DNA from: Hyphomicrobiales bacterium
Lineage (GTDB): Bacteria; Pseudomonadota; Alphaproteobacteria; Rhizobiales; GCA-2746425
Reading direction: 5' to 3'
Length of the DNA stretch: 40,000 bases
Assembly: GCA_039986835.1 (NCBI GenBank)
Contig: JBDWQA010000006.1
Span: 295,560-335,559 of the forward strand
This document shows, piece by piece, positions 1 to 9,108 of the stretch. Positions within the stretch are counted from its first letter, which is position 1, and every line of letters begins with the position of its first letter. The position numbers were made by a program, and so were the translations under genes. A model generated the notes under the pieces. It was not told where the DNA came from. It saw nothing but the letters and a program-made list of their open reading frames with translations, and did not search any database.

Positions 1-51
1 TGCGGGGAGCGTTAGATTGACGCCGGCAGTACCTGACTGGGTGACATTTTC

Positions 52-687
52 ATGGGTGTAGCGAAATCGCAAAAAGCAAATCAGCCTGCCCGAGCCTGGC
101 AGCGCATGCTCTCCGGGCGCAGATTGGATCTTCTGGACCCTTCCGCATTGGATGTCGAGATTGAAGACATTGCGCATGGTCTCGCCAGAGTGGCTCGGTG
201 GAACGGTCAAACCATTGGGGAGCATGCCTATTCTGTCGCTCAACACTCGCTTTTGGTCGCCAAGATAGGTGAAAAGCTCTTTCCTGATTCAGAGCCCTAC
301 TGGAAGTTGGCACTTTTACTGCACGATGCACCTGAATATGTGGTTGGCGATATGATTTCGCCATTTAAGGCCGTAATGGGTGGGGACTACAAAAGTGTGG
401 AAAATCGGCTTCAACAAGCTATTCACCTGCGATTTTCTCTACCGCCTGAATTGTCCAAGAACGAACATCGTTCAATTAAAACCTGTGATCGTATGGCTGC
501 TTTTTTTGAGGCAACCGTTTTGGCAGGCTTTTCCGATGAGGAAGCTGACCGATTTTTCAGCAGGCCGCGTGGTGTAACATTAGATGATGTGTCAGGCTTG
601 CTGGCACCGCTACCTGCGCACAAAGCGCAGGATGCATTTTTACTGCTGTTTGAAACTTTGATTGCCCCTCTCGGGGCGTCTCGATAG
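52..687 (+). CDS. HD-domain metal-dependent phosphohydrolase (YfbR/COG1896-like)
   Basis: 211-aa ORF with ATG at 52. HD motif context LLLHDAPEYVVGD with an upstream His (AQHSLLVA). N-terminus RAWQRMLSGRRLDLLDPS is typical of conserved alphaproteobacterial HD hydrolases. Confidence 0.8.
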   Translation: MGVAKSQKANQPARAWQRMLSGRRLDLLDPSALDVEIEDIAHGLARVARWNGQTIGEHAYSVAQHSLLVAKIGEKLFPDSEPYWKLALLLHDAPEYVVGDMISPFKAVMGGDYKSVENRLQQAIHLRFSLPPELSKNEHRSIKTCDRMAAFFEATVLAGFSDEEADRFFSRPRGVTLDDVSGLLAPLPAHKAQDAFLLLFETLIAPLGASR

Positions 688-698
688 GGAATTTTCTG

Positions 699-1232
699 AT
701 GGGTGCCATCTATGTCTGTTCATTAGATAAACTGGCTAAGACGGTGCAGGATAGTGGTGCCAGCCATGTGGCAACCCTCATCAATGCGGATACAAATGTC
801 CCGCGCCCGGAGTTGGTTCAGGCCAACAATCACTTGTTTCTAGGTTTTAATGACATTGTCGAACCGACCGAAGGCTTGCTGCCGCCTGGTGAAGTACACG
901 TCCAAGAATTCATGACATTTATTGAAGGCTGGAATCAAGAAGCGCCCATGATTGTGCACTGTTGGGCAGGAGTTAGTCGTTCAACGGCTGGTGCCATGAT
1001 CGCCACATGTATGCTGCGACCCGATCTGGACGAAGAGCTGATTGCAAATACGATCCGCAATCGGTCACCAGAAGCAACACCAAATATCAGGCTCGTTTCG
1101 TTTGCTGACGCATTGCTCAACCGAAATGGCCGAATGGTGAAGGCTGTAGAGAAAATCGGCCGAGGGGTTGATTGTTATGAGGGTAGCGTTTTCCATCTGA
1201 GAATTTCTGGTGATGTCGATGGCGCGATCTGA
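699..1232 (+). CDS. Protein-tyrosine/dual-specificity phosphatase-like protein (Cys-X5-Arg P-loop)
   Basis: 177-aa ORF starting 11 nt after the preceding stop. Carries the catalytic signature HCWAGVSRST (CX5R[S/T]). Its 3' end overlaps the next ORF. Confidence 0.75.
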   Translation: MGAIYVCSLDKLAKTVQDSGASHVATLINADTNVPRPELVQANNHLFLGFNDIVEPTEGLLPPGEVHVQEFMTFIEGWNQEAPMIVHCWAGVSRSTAGAMIATCMLRPDLDEELIANTIRNRSPEATPNIRLVSFADALLNRNGRMVKAVEKIGRGVDCYEGSVFHLRISGDVDGAI

Positions 1233-2199
1233 CGGAACACCTATTACTATTGGTCTCAGTGCGGCGATTGTCGGGCTGCAAAAAGAAACCCCACTCATTC
1301 TGACTGTCCGAGAAGATGACAGGGCCGATTGTAAGGACATGTTGCCCTTTGGTCCGTATGATCCTCTGCGTCACAGAACTTTTGAACTTGGCCTAAGAGC
1401 GTTCGTAAAGGCGCAGGCCGGATTGCACATTGGCCACGTCGAGCAACTCTACACTTTTGGAGATCGAGGTCGTCATGCGCGGCCGGACGATGAAGGGGAT
1501 CACGTTGTTTCCGTTGGTTACCTGGCGCTTAGTCGAGGCGCAGCGCCCGATGATGAAGAAAGTGCGATCGCGCTTCAGCGCTCGGGGGCCTCTTTTCAAC
1601 CTTGGTATATTTATTTCCCTTGGGAAGACTGGAGAGCAGGCCGTCCGAAAATGTTGGATTCTTATCTTCTGCCAATACTTCAGCAATGGGCAGGTAAAGA
1701 TGATGAGTCACGAGGAAAACGCCTGAAACTTGCCTTTGCGCTGGACGATTTGACCTGGGATGATGAGCGGGTTCTGGACCGTTATGAGCTGCTTTATGAG
1801 GCAGGGCTTATAGAGGAAGCTGCCGCAGACAGAGGTGATGCTGTGGTTGATGCTGCATCTGAAAGAATAGATTTTTCCTGTTCCGGACGAGCTATGAGGT
1901 TTGATCATAGGCGTATTCTGGCTACCGCAATTTCACGCCTGCGTGCCAAGTTAAAATACCGTCCTTTAGTCTTTGAATTGATGGGGCCGGAGTTTACCCT
2001 AACCGATTTGCAAAAAACGGTTGAGGCACTTGCCGGTCGGCATTTGCACAAGCAGAATTTCAGGCGATTGGTGGAGACTAACGCCTTGGTGGAGCCAACT
2101 GGAACAACAAGTGCCAGAACCGGCGGACGGCCAGCGCAACTTTTCCGTTTCAGGAAAGAGGTGTTGCTGGAACGAGCGGCGCCAGGGCTGAGGGTTTAG
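1210..2199 (+). CDS. nadQ: NAD-regulator family transcription factor (NadQ-like, Nudix-like N-domain plus winged-helix C-domain)
   Basis: 329-aa ORF directly upstream of nadABC. The C-terminal segment FTLTDLQKTVEALAGRHLHKQNFRRLV...GGRPAQLFRF looks like a wHTH. The N-terminal region is Nudix-fold-like without an intact Nudix box. The track start is GTG 1210; ATG alternatives are at 1213 and 1219. Confidence 0.7.
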   Translation: MMSMARSDGTPITIGLSAAIVGLQKETPLILTVREDDRADCKDMLPFGPYDPLRHRTFELGLRAFVKAQAGLHIGHVEQLYTFGDRGRHARPDDEGDHVVSVGYLALSRGAAPDDEESAIALQRSGASFQPWYIYFPWEDWRAGRPKMLDSYLLPILQQWAGKDDESRGKRLKLAFALDDLTWDDERVLDRYELLYEAGLIEEAAADRGDAVVDAASERIDFSCSGRAMRFDHRRILATAISRLRAKLKYRPLVFELMGPEFTLTDLQKTVEALAGRHLHKQNFRRLVETNALVEPTGTTSARTGGRPAQLFRFRKEVLLERAAPGLRV

Positions 2200-2241
2200 G
2201 GCATGTTGTGTGTACGGTTGCAAAGTCCGTAAAAATCTATA

Positions 2242-2260
2242 TATACTCAATGTGAGTATA
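2242..2260. promoter_or_regulatory. Candidate NadQ operator: perfect inverted repeat TATACTCA-atg-TGAGTATA
   Basis: 8-3-8 perfect palindrome read directly from the sequence. It lies 43 nt after the nadQ stop and 82 nt before the nadA ATG. Confidence 0.5.
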
Positions 2261-2341
2261 AGTCGGCTCGACGGTTTCGAACTGCGCCAACTTTTCGTTT
2301 GTCATTAAATCCGCACGGATTTTATAGGATGGAGGGGCGCT

Positions 2342-3430
2342 ATGCCTGCCACATCAACATCAAGTGCTGCACCGATGGTTGCGTCTAACGCGTCCAATGA
2401 AACTGCGGCGGAACGGTTTGGCACCCTGCCAATGCCGGATTTGACCTACACAGATGAAATTGCAACGGTGACAGCGCCTTTATATGAGAAGGTAAAAGAC
2501 CAGATTCCGGCAATTGAGTGGCCAGCTTTTGCACCACTAATTTATCAAATCAACAAGATTAAAAAAGATCGCAATGCCGTCATTCTGGCGCATAATTATC
2601 AAACGCCCGAGATTTTTCACGGTGTCGCAGATATTGTTGGTGACAGCCTTCAACTGGCTATTGAGGCCACAAAAGTTGATGAAGAAATCATCGTCCAATG
2701 TGGTGTGCACTTTATGGCGGAAACGTCAAAAATGCTGAACCCAAGCAAGACCGTTCTCATACCAGATAGCCGCGCCGGGTGTTCACTGGCGTCATCCATT
2801 AATGGTGCAGATGTTCGCTTGCTCCGCGAGGCCTATCCTGGTGTGCCCGTTGTTGCCTATGTCAATACAACGGCCGATGTAAAAGCGGAAGTTGATATCT
2901 GTTGTACCTCTTCTAATGCAGTCCAGATTGTTGAAAGTCTGGGTGTGCCGAAAGTCATTTTCCTTCCTGATCAGTATTTGGCGAGTTTTGTTGCCAGCCA
3001 GACCGATGTTGAGATCGTCTCCTGGAAAGGTGCGTGTGAGGTGCATGAACGCTTTACCGGAGAGGAACTGCGCAAATACCGTGAAGATGATCCCACCATA
3101 AAGATTATTGCGCATCCAGAGTGTCCGCCCGATGTGGTTGCGGAGTCAGATTTTACCGGCTCAACCGCACATATGATCAACTGGGTTAAAGATAAACGGC
3201 CCGAGAAGGTTGTGATGGTAACCGAGTGCTCAATGGCCAGTAATGTGGCGGCTGAAGTTCCGGAAGTGAATTTTGTGAAGCCCTGTAATTTATGTCCGCA
3301 TATGAAGCGCATCACATTGTCAAACATTTTGGATTGTCTGCTCAATATGGAAGAAGAGGTTTTGATCGACCCATCCGTTTCCGAGCGTGCGCGTCAGTCT
3401 GTCGAACGCATGGTTAACTGGAAGAATTGA
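2342..3430 (+). CDS. nadA: Quinolinate synthase
   Basis: 362-aa ORF with SD-like GGATGGAGG upstream. NadA-type motifs: ILAHNYQ, VHFMAET, CCTSSNA, IAHPECP, VTECSM. Confidence 0.95.
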   Translation: MPATSTSSAAPMVASNASNETAAERFGTLPMPDLTYTDEIATVTAPLYEKVKDQIPAIEWPAFAPLIYQINKIKKDRNAVILAHNYQTPEIFHGVADIVGDSLQLAIEATKVDEEIIVQCGVHFMAETSKMLNPSKTVLIPDSRAGCSLASSINGADVRLLREAYPGVPVVAYVNTTADVKAEVDICCTSSNAVQIVESLGVPKVIFLPDQYLASFVASQTDVEIVSWKGACEVHERFTGEELRKYREDDPTIKIIAHPECPPDVVAESDFTGSTAHMINWVKDKRPEKVVMVTECSMASNVAAEVPEVNFVKPCNLCPHMKRITLSNILDCLLNMEEEVLIDPSVSERARQSVERMVNWKN

Positions 3431-3436
3431 TCCACC

Positions 3437-5029
3437 ATGATTCAGGTTGTAGCACCGCAAAGCGAAGGTGGCATAGATGATGTAGTGATCGTCGGTGGCG
3501 GTCTTGCAGGGCTTTTTTGCGCTCTCAAGCTTGCACCACGCCCGGTTACTGTTCTTACATCCGCCCCGATTGGCGAAGGTGCTTCTTCTGCTTGGGCGCA
3601 AGGTGGCATCGCAGCTGCCATGTCTCCCGGTGACAGTGCAGAATCTCATGTGGCCGACACTATAGCCGCAGGAGCAGGGTTGGTTGACGAGAAAATCGCG
3701 CGAGTAATGGCCAGCGAGGCGTCGGACCGTATTCATGACCTGCTATCCTTTGGTGTGCCGTTTGATACAGATCTTGAAGGCCATCTGAAACTGTCGCGTG
3801 AGGCCGCACATTCAGAGCGCCGCATTGTTCGTGTGCGTGGCGACATGGCCGGGGCAGCGATTATGAGTGCTCTGGTTGCAGCCGTTCGCAAAATGCCATC
3901 AATTCGCGTCCTTGAGGGGTTTGTCGGGGAGCAACTTCGCAAGAAAGGCAAGGAGATCACAGGCATCGTCGCGCAGGATTTACGCGGGGGCTTGACCAAC
4001 CGAATTCTGCTGCCGGCGCGGGCTATTGTTATGTCTTCTGGCGGTGTTGGTGGGCTTTATGCTGTCACTACAAATCCACAGCAAGCACGCGGTGGTGGCA
4101 TTGCCATGGCGGCGGAAACTGGCGCTATTCTTGCTGATCTTGAGTTTGTGCAATTTCATCCTACGGCTATCAATATTGGCAGGGACCCTGCGCCTCTGGC
4201 AACAGAGGCTTTGCGAGGCGAAGGTGCGTTTCTCATCGACAATGATGGCAAGCGATTCATGCTGGACATTCATGAAGATGCTGAACTAGCTCCACGTGAT
4301 ATAGTTGCGCGCGCAATTCATACGCAAGTGCTGTCAGGGAAGGGAGCTTTTCTGGATTGCAGAGAGAGTGTTGGCGATAAATTTCCAGAGAATTTCCCAA
4401 CGGTTTATGCGTCTTGCAAATCAGCCGGCATCGACCCGGTCAACGATCCAGTCCCTGTCATTCCGGCAGAGCACTATCACATGGGTGGCATTCATGTGGA
4501 CGTGCGTGGGCGCAGTTCGATTGATGGGTTATGGGCTTGCGGTGAGGCCGCCTCAACAGGTGCGCACGGCGCAAACCGGCTTGCCTCCAACTCATTGTTG
4601 GAAGCGGTGGTCTTTGCGACACGTATTGCTGAGGATATTCAAGGGACACTTCCAACTCCGCAACGTCACAACTGGCCGGATGAGCCTATGCCAGAGGTGG
4701 TCGACAAATCCGCAGTAGATGAAGATATCGTGCGGGTAATCCGACAGACCATGTCTGATCATGTAGGGGTTGCGAGAGATGGTACGGGTTTGCGGAAAGC
4801 ATTGAATATCTTTGAGGATCTATCTCATCGGGAGCTGATACCGAGATTGGCGAATATGGTACGTGTTGGGCGGGCGATTGCTGCCGCTGCCTATGCACGT
4901 GAAGAGAGCCGGGGTGGCCACATGCGTCTGGATTTCCCGGAAGCACAAGACGCTTGGCATCATCGTACCTTCGTGACATTGGAAGATGTCGATAGGATTG
5001 TGGCAGGCGCCACACTCAAAGCTGCATAA
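3437..5029 (+). CDS. nadB: L-aspartate oxidase
   Basis: 530-aa ORF with an N-terminal FAD dinucleotide fold [10 protein letters not shown]. Also carries [26 protein letters not shown] and a C-terminal ESRGGH motif. Starts 7 nt after nadA. Confidence 0.95.
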   Translation: MIQVVAPQSEGGIDDVVIVGGGLAGLFCALKLAPRPVTVLTSAPIGEGASSAWAQGGIAAAMSPGDSAESHVADTIAAGAGLVDEKIARVMASEASDRIHDLLSFGVPFDTDLEGHLKLSREAAHSERRIVRVRGDMAGAAIMSALVAAVRKMPSIRVLEGFVGEQLRKKGKEITGIVAQDLRGGLTNRILLPARAIVMSSGGVGGLYAVTTNPQQARGGGIAMAAETGAILADLEFVQFHPTAINIGRDPAPLATEALRGEGAFLIDNDGKRFMLDIHEDAELAPRDIVARAIHTQVLSGKGAFLDCRESVGDKFPENFPTVYASCKSAGIDPVNDPVPVIPAEHYHMGGIHVDVRGRSSIDGLWACGEAASTGAHGANRLASNSLLEAVVFATRIAEDIQGTLPTPQRHNWPDEPMPEVVDKSAVDEDIVRVIRQTMSDHVGVARDGTGLRKALNIFEDLSHRELIPRLANMVRVGRAIAAAAYAREESRGGHMRLDFPEAQDAWHHRTFVTLEDVDRIVAGATLKAA

Positions 5030-5051
5030 TTTAAACATCCTGCGAGGCTGA

Positions 5052-5918
5052 ATGACAAATCTCCCCGAACTGCCAAGTGTTATGGTGGATGATGCTGTTC
5101 GCGCTGCCTTGCAAGAGGATCTTGGCCGTGCCGGTGACATTACCACCCTTGCGACCATACCTGCCAATGCAACCGCGCGAGTGGTGATAGCATCGCGTGA
5201 AACAGGCGTTGTTTCCGGCATGCCACTGGCGCGTTCAGCATTTGCCGCGATTAGTCCCAATATTTCCTTTGAAACTGAGATTGACGATGGGGGCCGAGTT
5301 GAGCCCGGCTCTGCGGTGGCCCGTATTGAGGGCCGTGCGCGTGATGTGCTGTCAGCAGAACGTGTTGCATTAAATTATCTTGGTCATATGAGCGGGATTG
5401 CGACGGCTACAGCGCAGTTTGCGGACAAGATTGCGCACACCCAAGCAAAAGTTGTCTGCACACGCAAAACGACACCTGGTCTCAGGGCCTTTGAAAAGTA
5501 CGCGGTGCGATGTGGCGGTGGAGCAAATCACCGTTTTGGTTTGGATGATGCCATTCTCATCAAGGACAATCATATCGCGGTGGTTGGCAGTGTGGTTTCG
5601 ACAATAGAAGCTGCGCGCAAGTATATCGGCCATTTGGTAAAGATAGAGATTGAAGTCGATACCCTTGATCAGCTTGCCGAAGCCCTAACTGCAAAGCCCG
5701 ATGTTGTGTTGCTTGATAATATGGATGCGGCAACTCTAAAGGAAGCCGTGGCTATGGTGACCAAGATAAATCCCGCCACCAAGACTGAAGCCTCCGGCGG
5801 TATCAAGTTGGACACGATTGCCAAAAAGGCAGAGGCAGGCGTGGATTATATTTCTACCGGTTGGATCACACACTCATCGCCTGTCCTGGATTTGGGTCTA
5901 GACACAATTATAGAGTGA
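5052..5918 (+). CDS. nadC: Nicotinate-nucleotide diphosphorylase (carboxylating), quinolinate phosphoribosyltransferase
   Basis: 288-aa ORF with QPRTase motifs [51 protein letters not shown] and SGGI. It is the third gene of the nadABC cluster. Confidence 0.95.
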   Translation: MTNLPELPSVMVDDAVRAALQEDLGRAGDITTLATIPANATARVVIASRETGVVSGMPLARSAFAAISPNISFETEIDDGGRVEPGSAVARIEGRARDVLSAERVALNYLGHMSGIATATAQFADKIAHTQAKVVCTRKTTPGLRAFEKYAVRCGGGANHRFGLDDAILIKDNHIAVVGSVVSTIEAARKYIGHLVKIEIEVDTLDQLAEALTAKPDVVLLDNMDAATLKEAVAMVTKINPATKTEASGGIKLDTIAKKAEAGVDYISTGWITHSSPVLDLGLDTIIE

Positions 5919-6086
5919 TTTTCCTTCGCTGGTTTCGCCCTGTTTCACTATCTTTCGTCGTATTGAACCGATTTTATCACCCTTTAGCCACCTTTGTGTG
6001 TTGCGCTGCAGCATGCGGCGCGCTACGCCTATGTTCCGTTACGTTAGTTAGCGGAACCGTCAAAGCATTCCTGGGGAGAGATTGTT

Positions 6087-8753
6087 GTGGACAGATGGGT
6101 TTACCAGTTTGGTGATGGCCGCGCTGAAGGCGCTGCCAATATGAGGGAATTGTTGGGTGGAAAGGGTGCAAACCTCGCAGAAATGTGCTCTCTTGGCCTT
6201 CCAGTTCCTCCTGGATTTACAGTTACTACCGACGTCTGCACGTATTATTACGACAATGAAAAAACCTTTCCTGACACGTTAAAAAATCAGGTCGAGGACG
6301 CACTTGCAGCAATTTCTGAGTTGACCAAGCGCCGGTTTGGTGATGATGGTAATCCCTTGTTGATGTCGGTCCGATCTGGAGCGCGCAGCTCCATGCCTGG
6401 CATGATGGATACAGTGCTAAATTTGGGCCTGAACGACAACTCCGTTGAGACTATTGCGAAACAATCTGGCGATGCTCGTTTTGCCTATGACAGCTACCGC
6501 CGCTTCATTCAAATGTATAGCGATGTGGTGATGGGCCTGGACCATCATGCGTTTGAAGATATTCTGGAAACCTTCAAGCACCGTGCGGGTTATGTGTTGG
6601 ATACTGACCTAACCGCTGAAGACTGGAAGCAGATCGTCGTCGATTACAAGCGTTTGGTTGAAACCGAGTTGGAAATACCGTTTCCACAAGACCCTTTTGA
6701 TCAGCTTTGGGGCGGTATTGGCGCTGTTTTCCAATCCTGGATGGCTCCGCGTGCGATTACCTACCGCGCGATAAACAACATACCAGCGGACTGGGGCACA
6801 GCGGTTAACGTACAAGCCATGGTATTCGGTAACATGGGTGCAAGTTCCGCCACGGGCGTTGCCTTCACACGTAATCCATCGACCGGTGAAAACACGTTAT
6901 ACGGCGAATTTTTGATCAATGCCCAGGGTGAAGATGTGGTGGCAGGCATTCGGACGCCCCAGAATTTGACTGAAGCGGCACGTGTCGCCGCCGATTCTGA
7001 TAAGCCATCACTTGAGTCTGAGATGCCAGAAGCATTTGCGCAATTCCAGGCGATTTGCGATCAATTGGAAAAGCACTACAGCGATATGCAGGATCTGGAG
7101 TTTACTATCGAAGAGGGTAAACTGTGGATGCTTCAAACACGGTCGGGCAAACGCACCACGAAAGCTGCACTAAGAATTGCTACCGATATGGCAAGTGAAG
7201 GTCTGATCACGAGGCAGGAAGCTGTTATGCGGATTGACCCTGCGGCGCTGGATCAATTATTGCATCCAACAATTGATCCTTCCGCCATACGCGATATTGT
7301 CGCCAAGGGCCTTCCGGCATCGCCAGGTGCAGCGAGTGGCGAAATCGTCTTTACGTCGGACGATGCTCAAGAGGCAAAGGCGCAGGGGGGCAGAGTTATT
7401 CTGGTGAGGGTTGAAACCAGCCCAGAAGACATTCACGGTATGCATGCGGCTGAAGGTATTTTGACCGCTCGTGGTGGGATGACGAGCCACGCAGCGGTGG
7501 TTGCGCGCGGCATGGGCAAACCGTGCGTCTCTGGTGCAAGTGCGATTCGCATTGATATGCGTAACGAAACGCTCAGTGTAGCGGGCAAGAATTTCAACAA
7601 AGGTGATGTGATTACCGTCGATGGTACGAGCGGTCAGGTGCTTGATGGAGAGGTTGCCATGTTGCAGCCTGAACTGTCCGAGGATTTTGCAACGCTGATG
7701 GAATGGGCCGACGAAACCCGCACCATGACCGTGCGTACAAATGCGGAGACGCCAGCAGATGCGCGCATGGCGTTAAGTTTTGGTGCAGAAGGCATTGGCC
7801 TGTGCCGGACGGAGCATATGTTCTTTGATGGCGACCGCATTATGGCCATGCGCGAGATGATTTTGGCCGATGATGCATCTGGCAGGCGGGCTGCACTAGA
7901 CAAGCTACTTCCGATGCAGCGGGCGGACTTCACAGAGTTGTTCGATATTATGCGTGGTACACCGGTAACGATTCGACTATTGGACCCACCTTTGCATGAG
8001 TTTTTGCCGCAATCAGAAGCTGATATGGAAGATGTGGCCAAAGCGCTTGATTTGCCAGTCCAGAAAATCCGGGCTCGTACAACCGCTTTGCATGAATTCA
8101 ATCCAATGCTGGGGCATCGCGGGTGTCGGTTAGCAGTGTCCTACCCCGAAATTGCGGACATGCAAGCGCGCGCAATTTTTGAGGCGGCTATTGCTGCTGC
8201 ACAAAAGACAGGCGCTCCAGTCACACCTGAGATAATGGTTCCTCTAGTTTCAATCAAACCAGAGTTTGATCTGATTAAGACGCGTATTGATGCTGTTGCG
8301 CAGATGGTTATGAAAGAAAATAACAGAAGTATTGCCTATCAGGTTGGCACTATGGTCGAGCTGCCTCGAGCCGCGCTGCAAGCCGGCAAGATCGCCGAGT
8401 CTGCCGAGTTTTTCTCATTTGGAACCAATGACTTAACCCAAACAACTTTTGGCATTAGCCGTGATGATGCATCAGCTTTTCTTGGCGCGTACACCACTCA
8501 GGGCCTGATGGATCAGGACCCATTCGTCAGTCTAGACCAAGATGGTGTTGGTGAATTGGTGCGTATGGGTGCGCAGCGAGGAAGAGCGACACGTGCTGAT
8601 ATAAAACTGGGAATATGCGGTGAACACGGCGGGGATCCAGCGTCAATAAACTTCTGTCAGAGCATCGGTTTGGACTATGTGTCATGTTCTCCGTATCGGG
8701 TGCCTATTGCAAGGCTTGCGGCGGCGCAATCTGCGTTGGGGAAATCATCCTGA
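6087..8753 (+). CDS. ppdK: Pyruvate, phosphate dikinase
   Basis: 888-aa ORF with a GTG start and GGGGAGAG about 7 nt upstream. N-terminus WVYQFGDG. Phosphohistidine swivel motif GGMTSHAAVVARGMG. C-terminal PEP-utilizer TIM-barrel motifs (GLCRTEHMFF, FFSFGTNDLTQ, GICGEHGGDP). Confidence 0.95.
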   Translation: MDRWVYQFGDGRAEGAANMRELLGGKGANLAEMCSLGLPVPPGFTVTTDVCTYYYDNEKTFPDTLKNQVEDALAAISELTKRRFGDDGNPLLMSVRSGARSSMPGMMDTVLNLGLNDNSVETIAKQSGDARFAYDSYRRFIQMYSDVVMGLDHHAFEDILETFKHRAGYVLDTDLTAEDWKQIVVDYKRLVETELEIPFPQDPFDQLWGGIGAVFQSWMAPRAITYRAINNIPADWGTAVNVQAMVFGNMGASSATGVAFTRNPSTGENTLYGEFLINAQGEDVVAGIRTPQNLTEAARVAADSDKPSLESEMPEAFAQFQAICDQLEKHYSDMQDLEFTIEEGKLWMLQTRSGKRTTKAALRIATDMASEGLITRQEAVMRIDPAALDQLLHPTIDPSAIRDIVAKGLPASPGAASGEIVFTSDDAQEAKAQGGRVILVRVETSPEDIHGMHAAEGILTARGGMTSHAAVVARGMGKPCVSGASAIRIDMRNETLSVAGKNFNKGDVITVDGTSGQVLDGEVAMLQPELSEDFATLMEWADETRTMTVRTNAETPADARMALSFGAEGIGLCRTEHMFFDGDRIMAMREMILADDASGRRAALDKLLPMQRADFTELFDIMRGTPVTIRLLDPPLHEFLPQSEADMEDVAKALDLPVQKIRARTTALHEFNPMLGHRGCRLAVSYPEIADMQARAIFEAAIAAAQKTGAPVTPEIMVPLVSIKPEFDLIKTRIDAVAQMVMKENNRSIAYQVGTMVELPRAALQAGKIAESAEFFSFGTNDLTQTTFGISRDDASAFLGAYTTQGLMDQDPFVSLDQDGVGELVRMGAQRGRATRADIKLGICGEHGGDPASINFCQSIGLDYVSCSPYRVPIARLAAAQSALGKSS

Positions 8754-9108
8754 ACGCAGGCATGAGTTGTGCGCATTGGTTTGCAGTAACACTGTGAAAC
8801 ATGGTGTGATTTTCCGGGTTGCGGCAAGAGCTAATTTCTGATTAAAGTTGGCTGTCGATATGGGTATGGTTGGGCGCTGGTTATTCTTTCTCTAAACAGA
8901 CTTTTCAAAGCCACAATTTTGTAGTTTGTGACGCTTGGTCTCAGATTGAGTCCGGCGTGGTGGTATTTGATAGTGTCCTACAAAGACGTACTGCTTCGTC
9001 GTGCGGGACGCTATTTGAGAAAAAATAGGTATGGTTAACCAAATCCAAACAAATTACTGCAAAGTTTTCGCGAACTCGTTAACCGAAACTCAAGGTTAAT
9101 CACGCCTA

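Noticed and set aside
6041-6057. Short inverted repeat GTTCCG-n13-CGGAAC upstream of ppdK
   Set aside because: It has only 6-bp arms and a long spacer, so it is expected by chance. There is no supporting context.
7634-8101. 155-aa ORF antisense to ppdK. Similar antisense or off-frame ORFs occur at 3320-3736, 4820-5260, 17165-17689, 29231-29734 and 29795-30337.
   Set aside because: All lie opposite strongly supported housekeeping genes (nadA/nadB, nadB/nadC, hbd, argH). Their translations are Ser/Arg/Ala-rich and low in complexity, typical of antisense frames. None has start-site signals.
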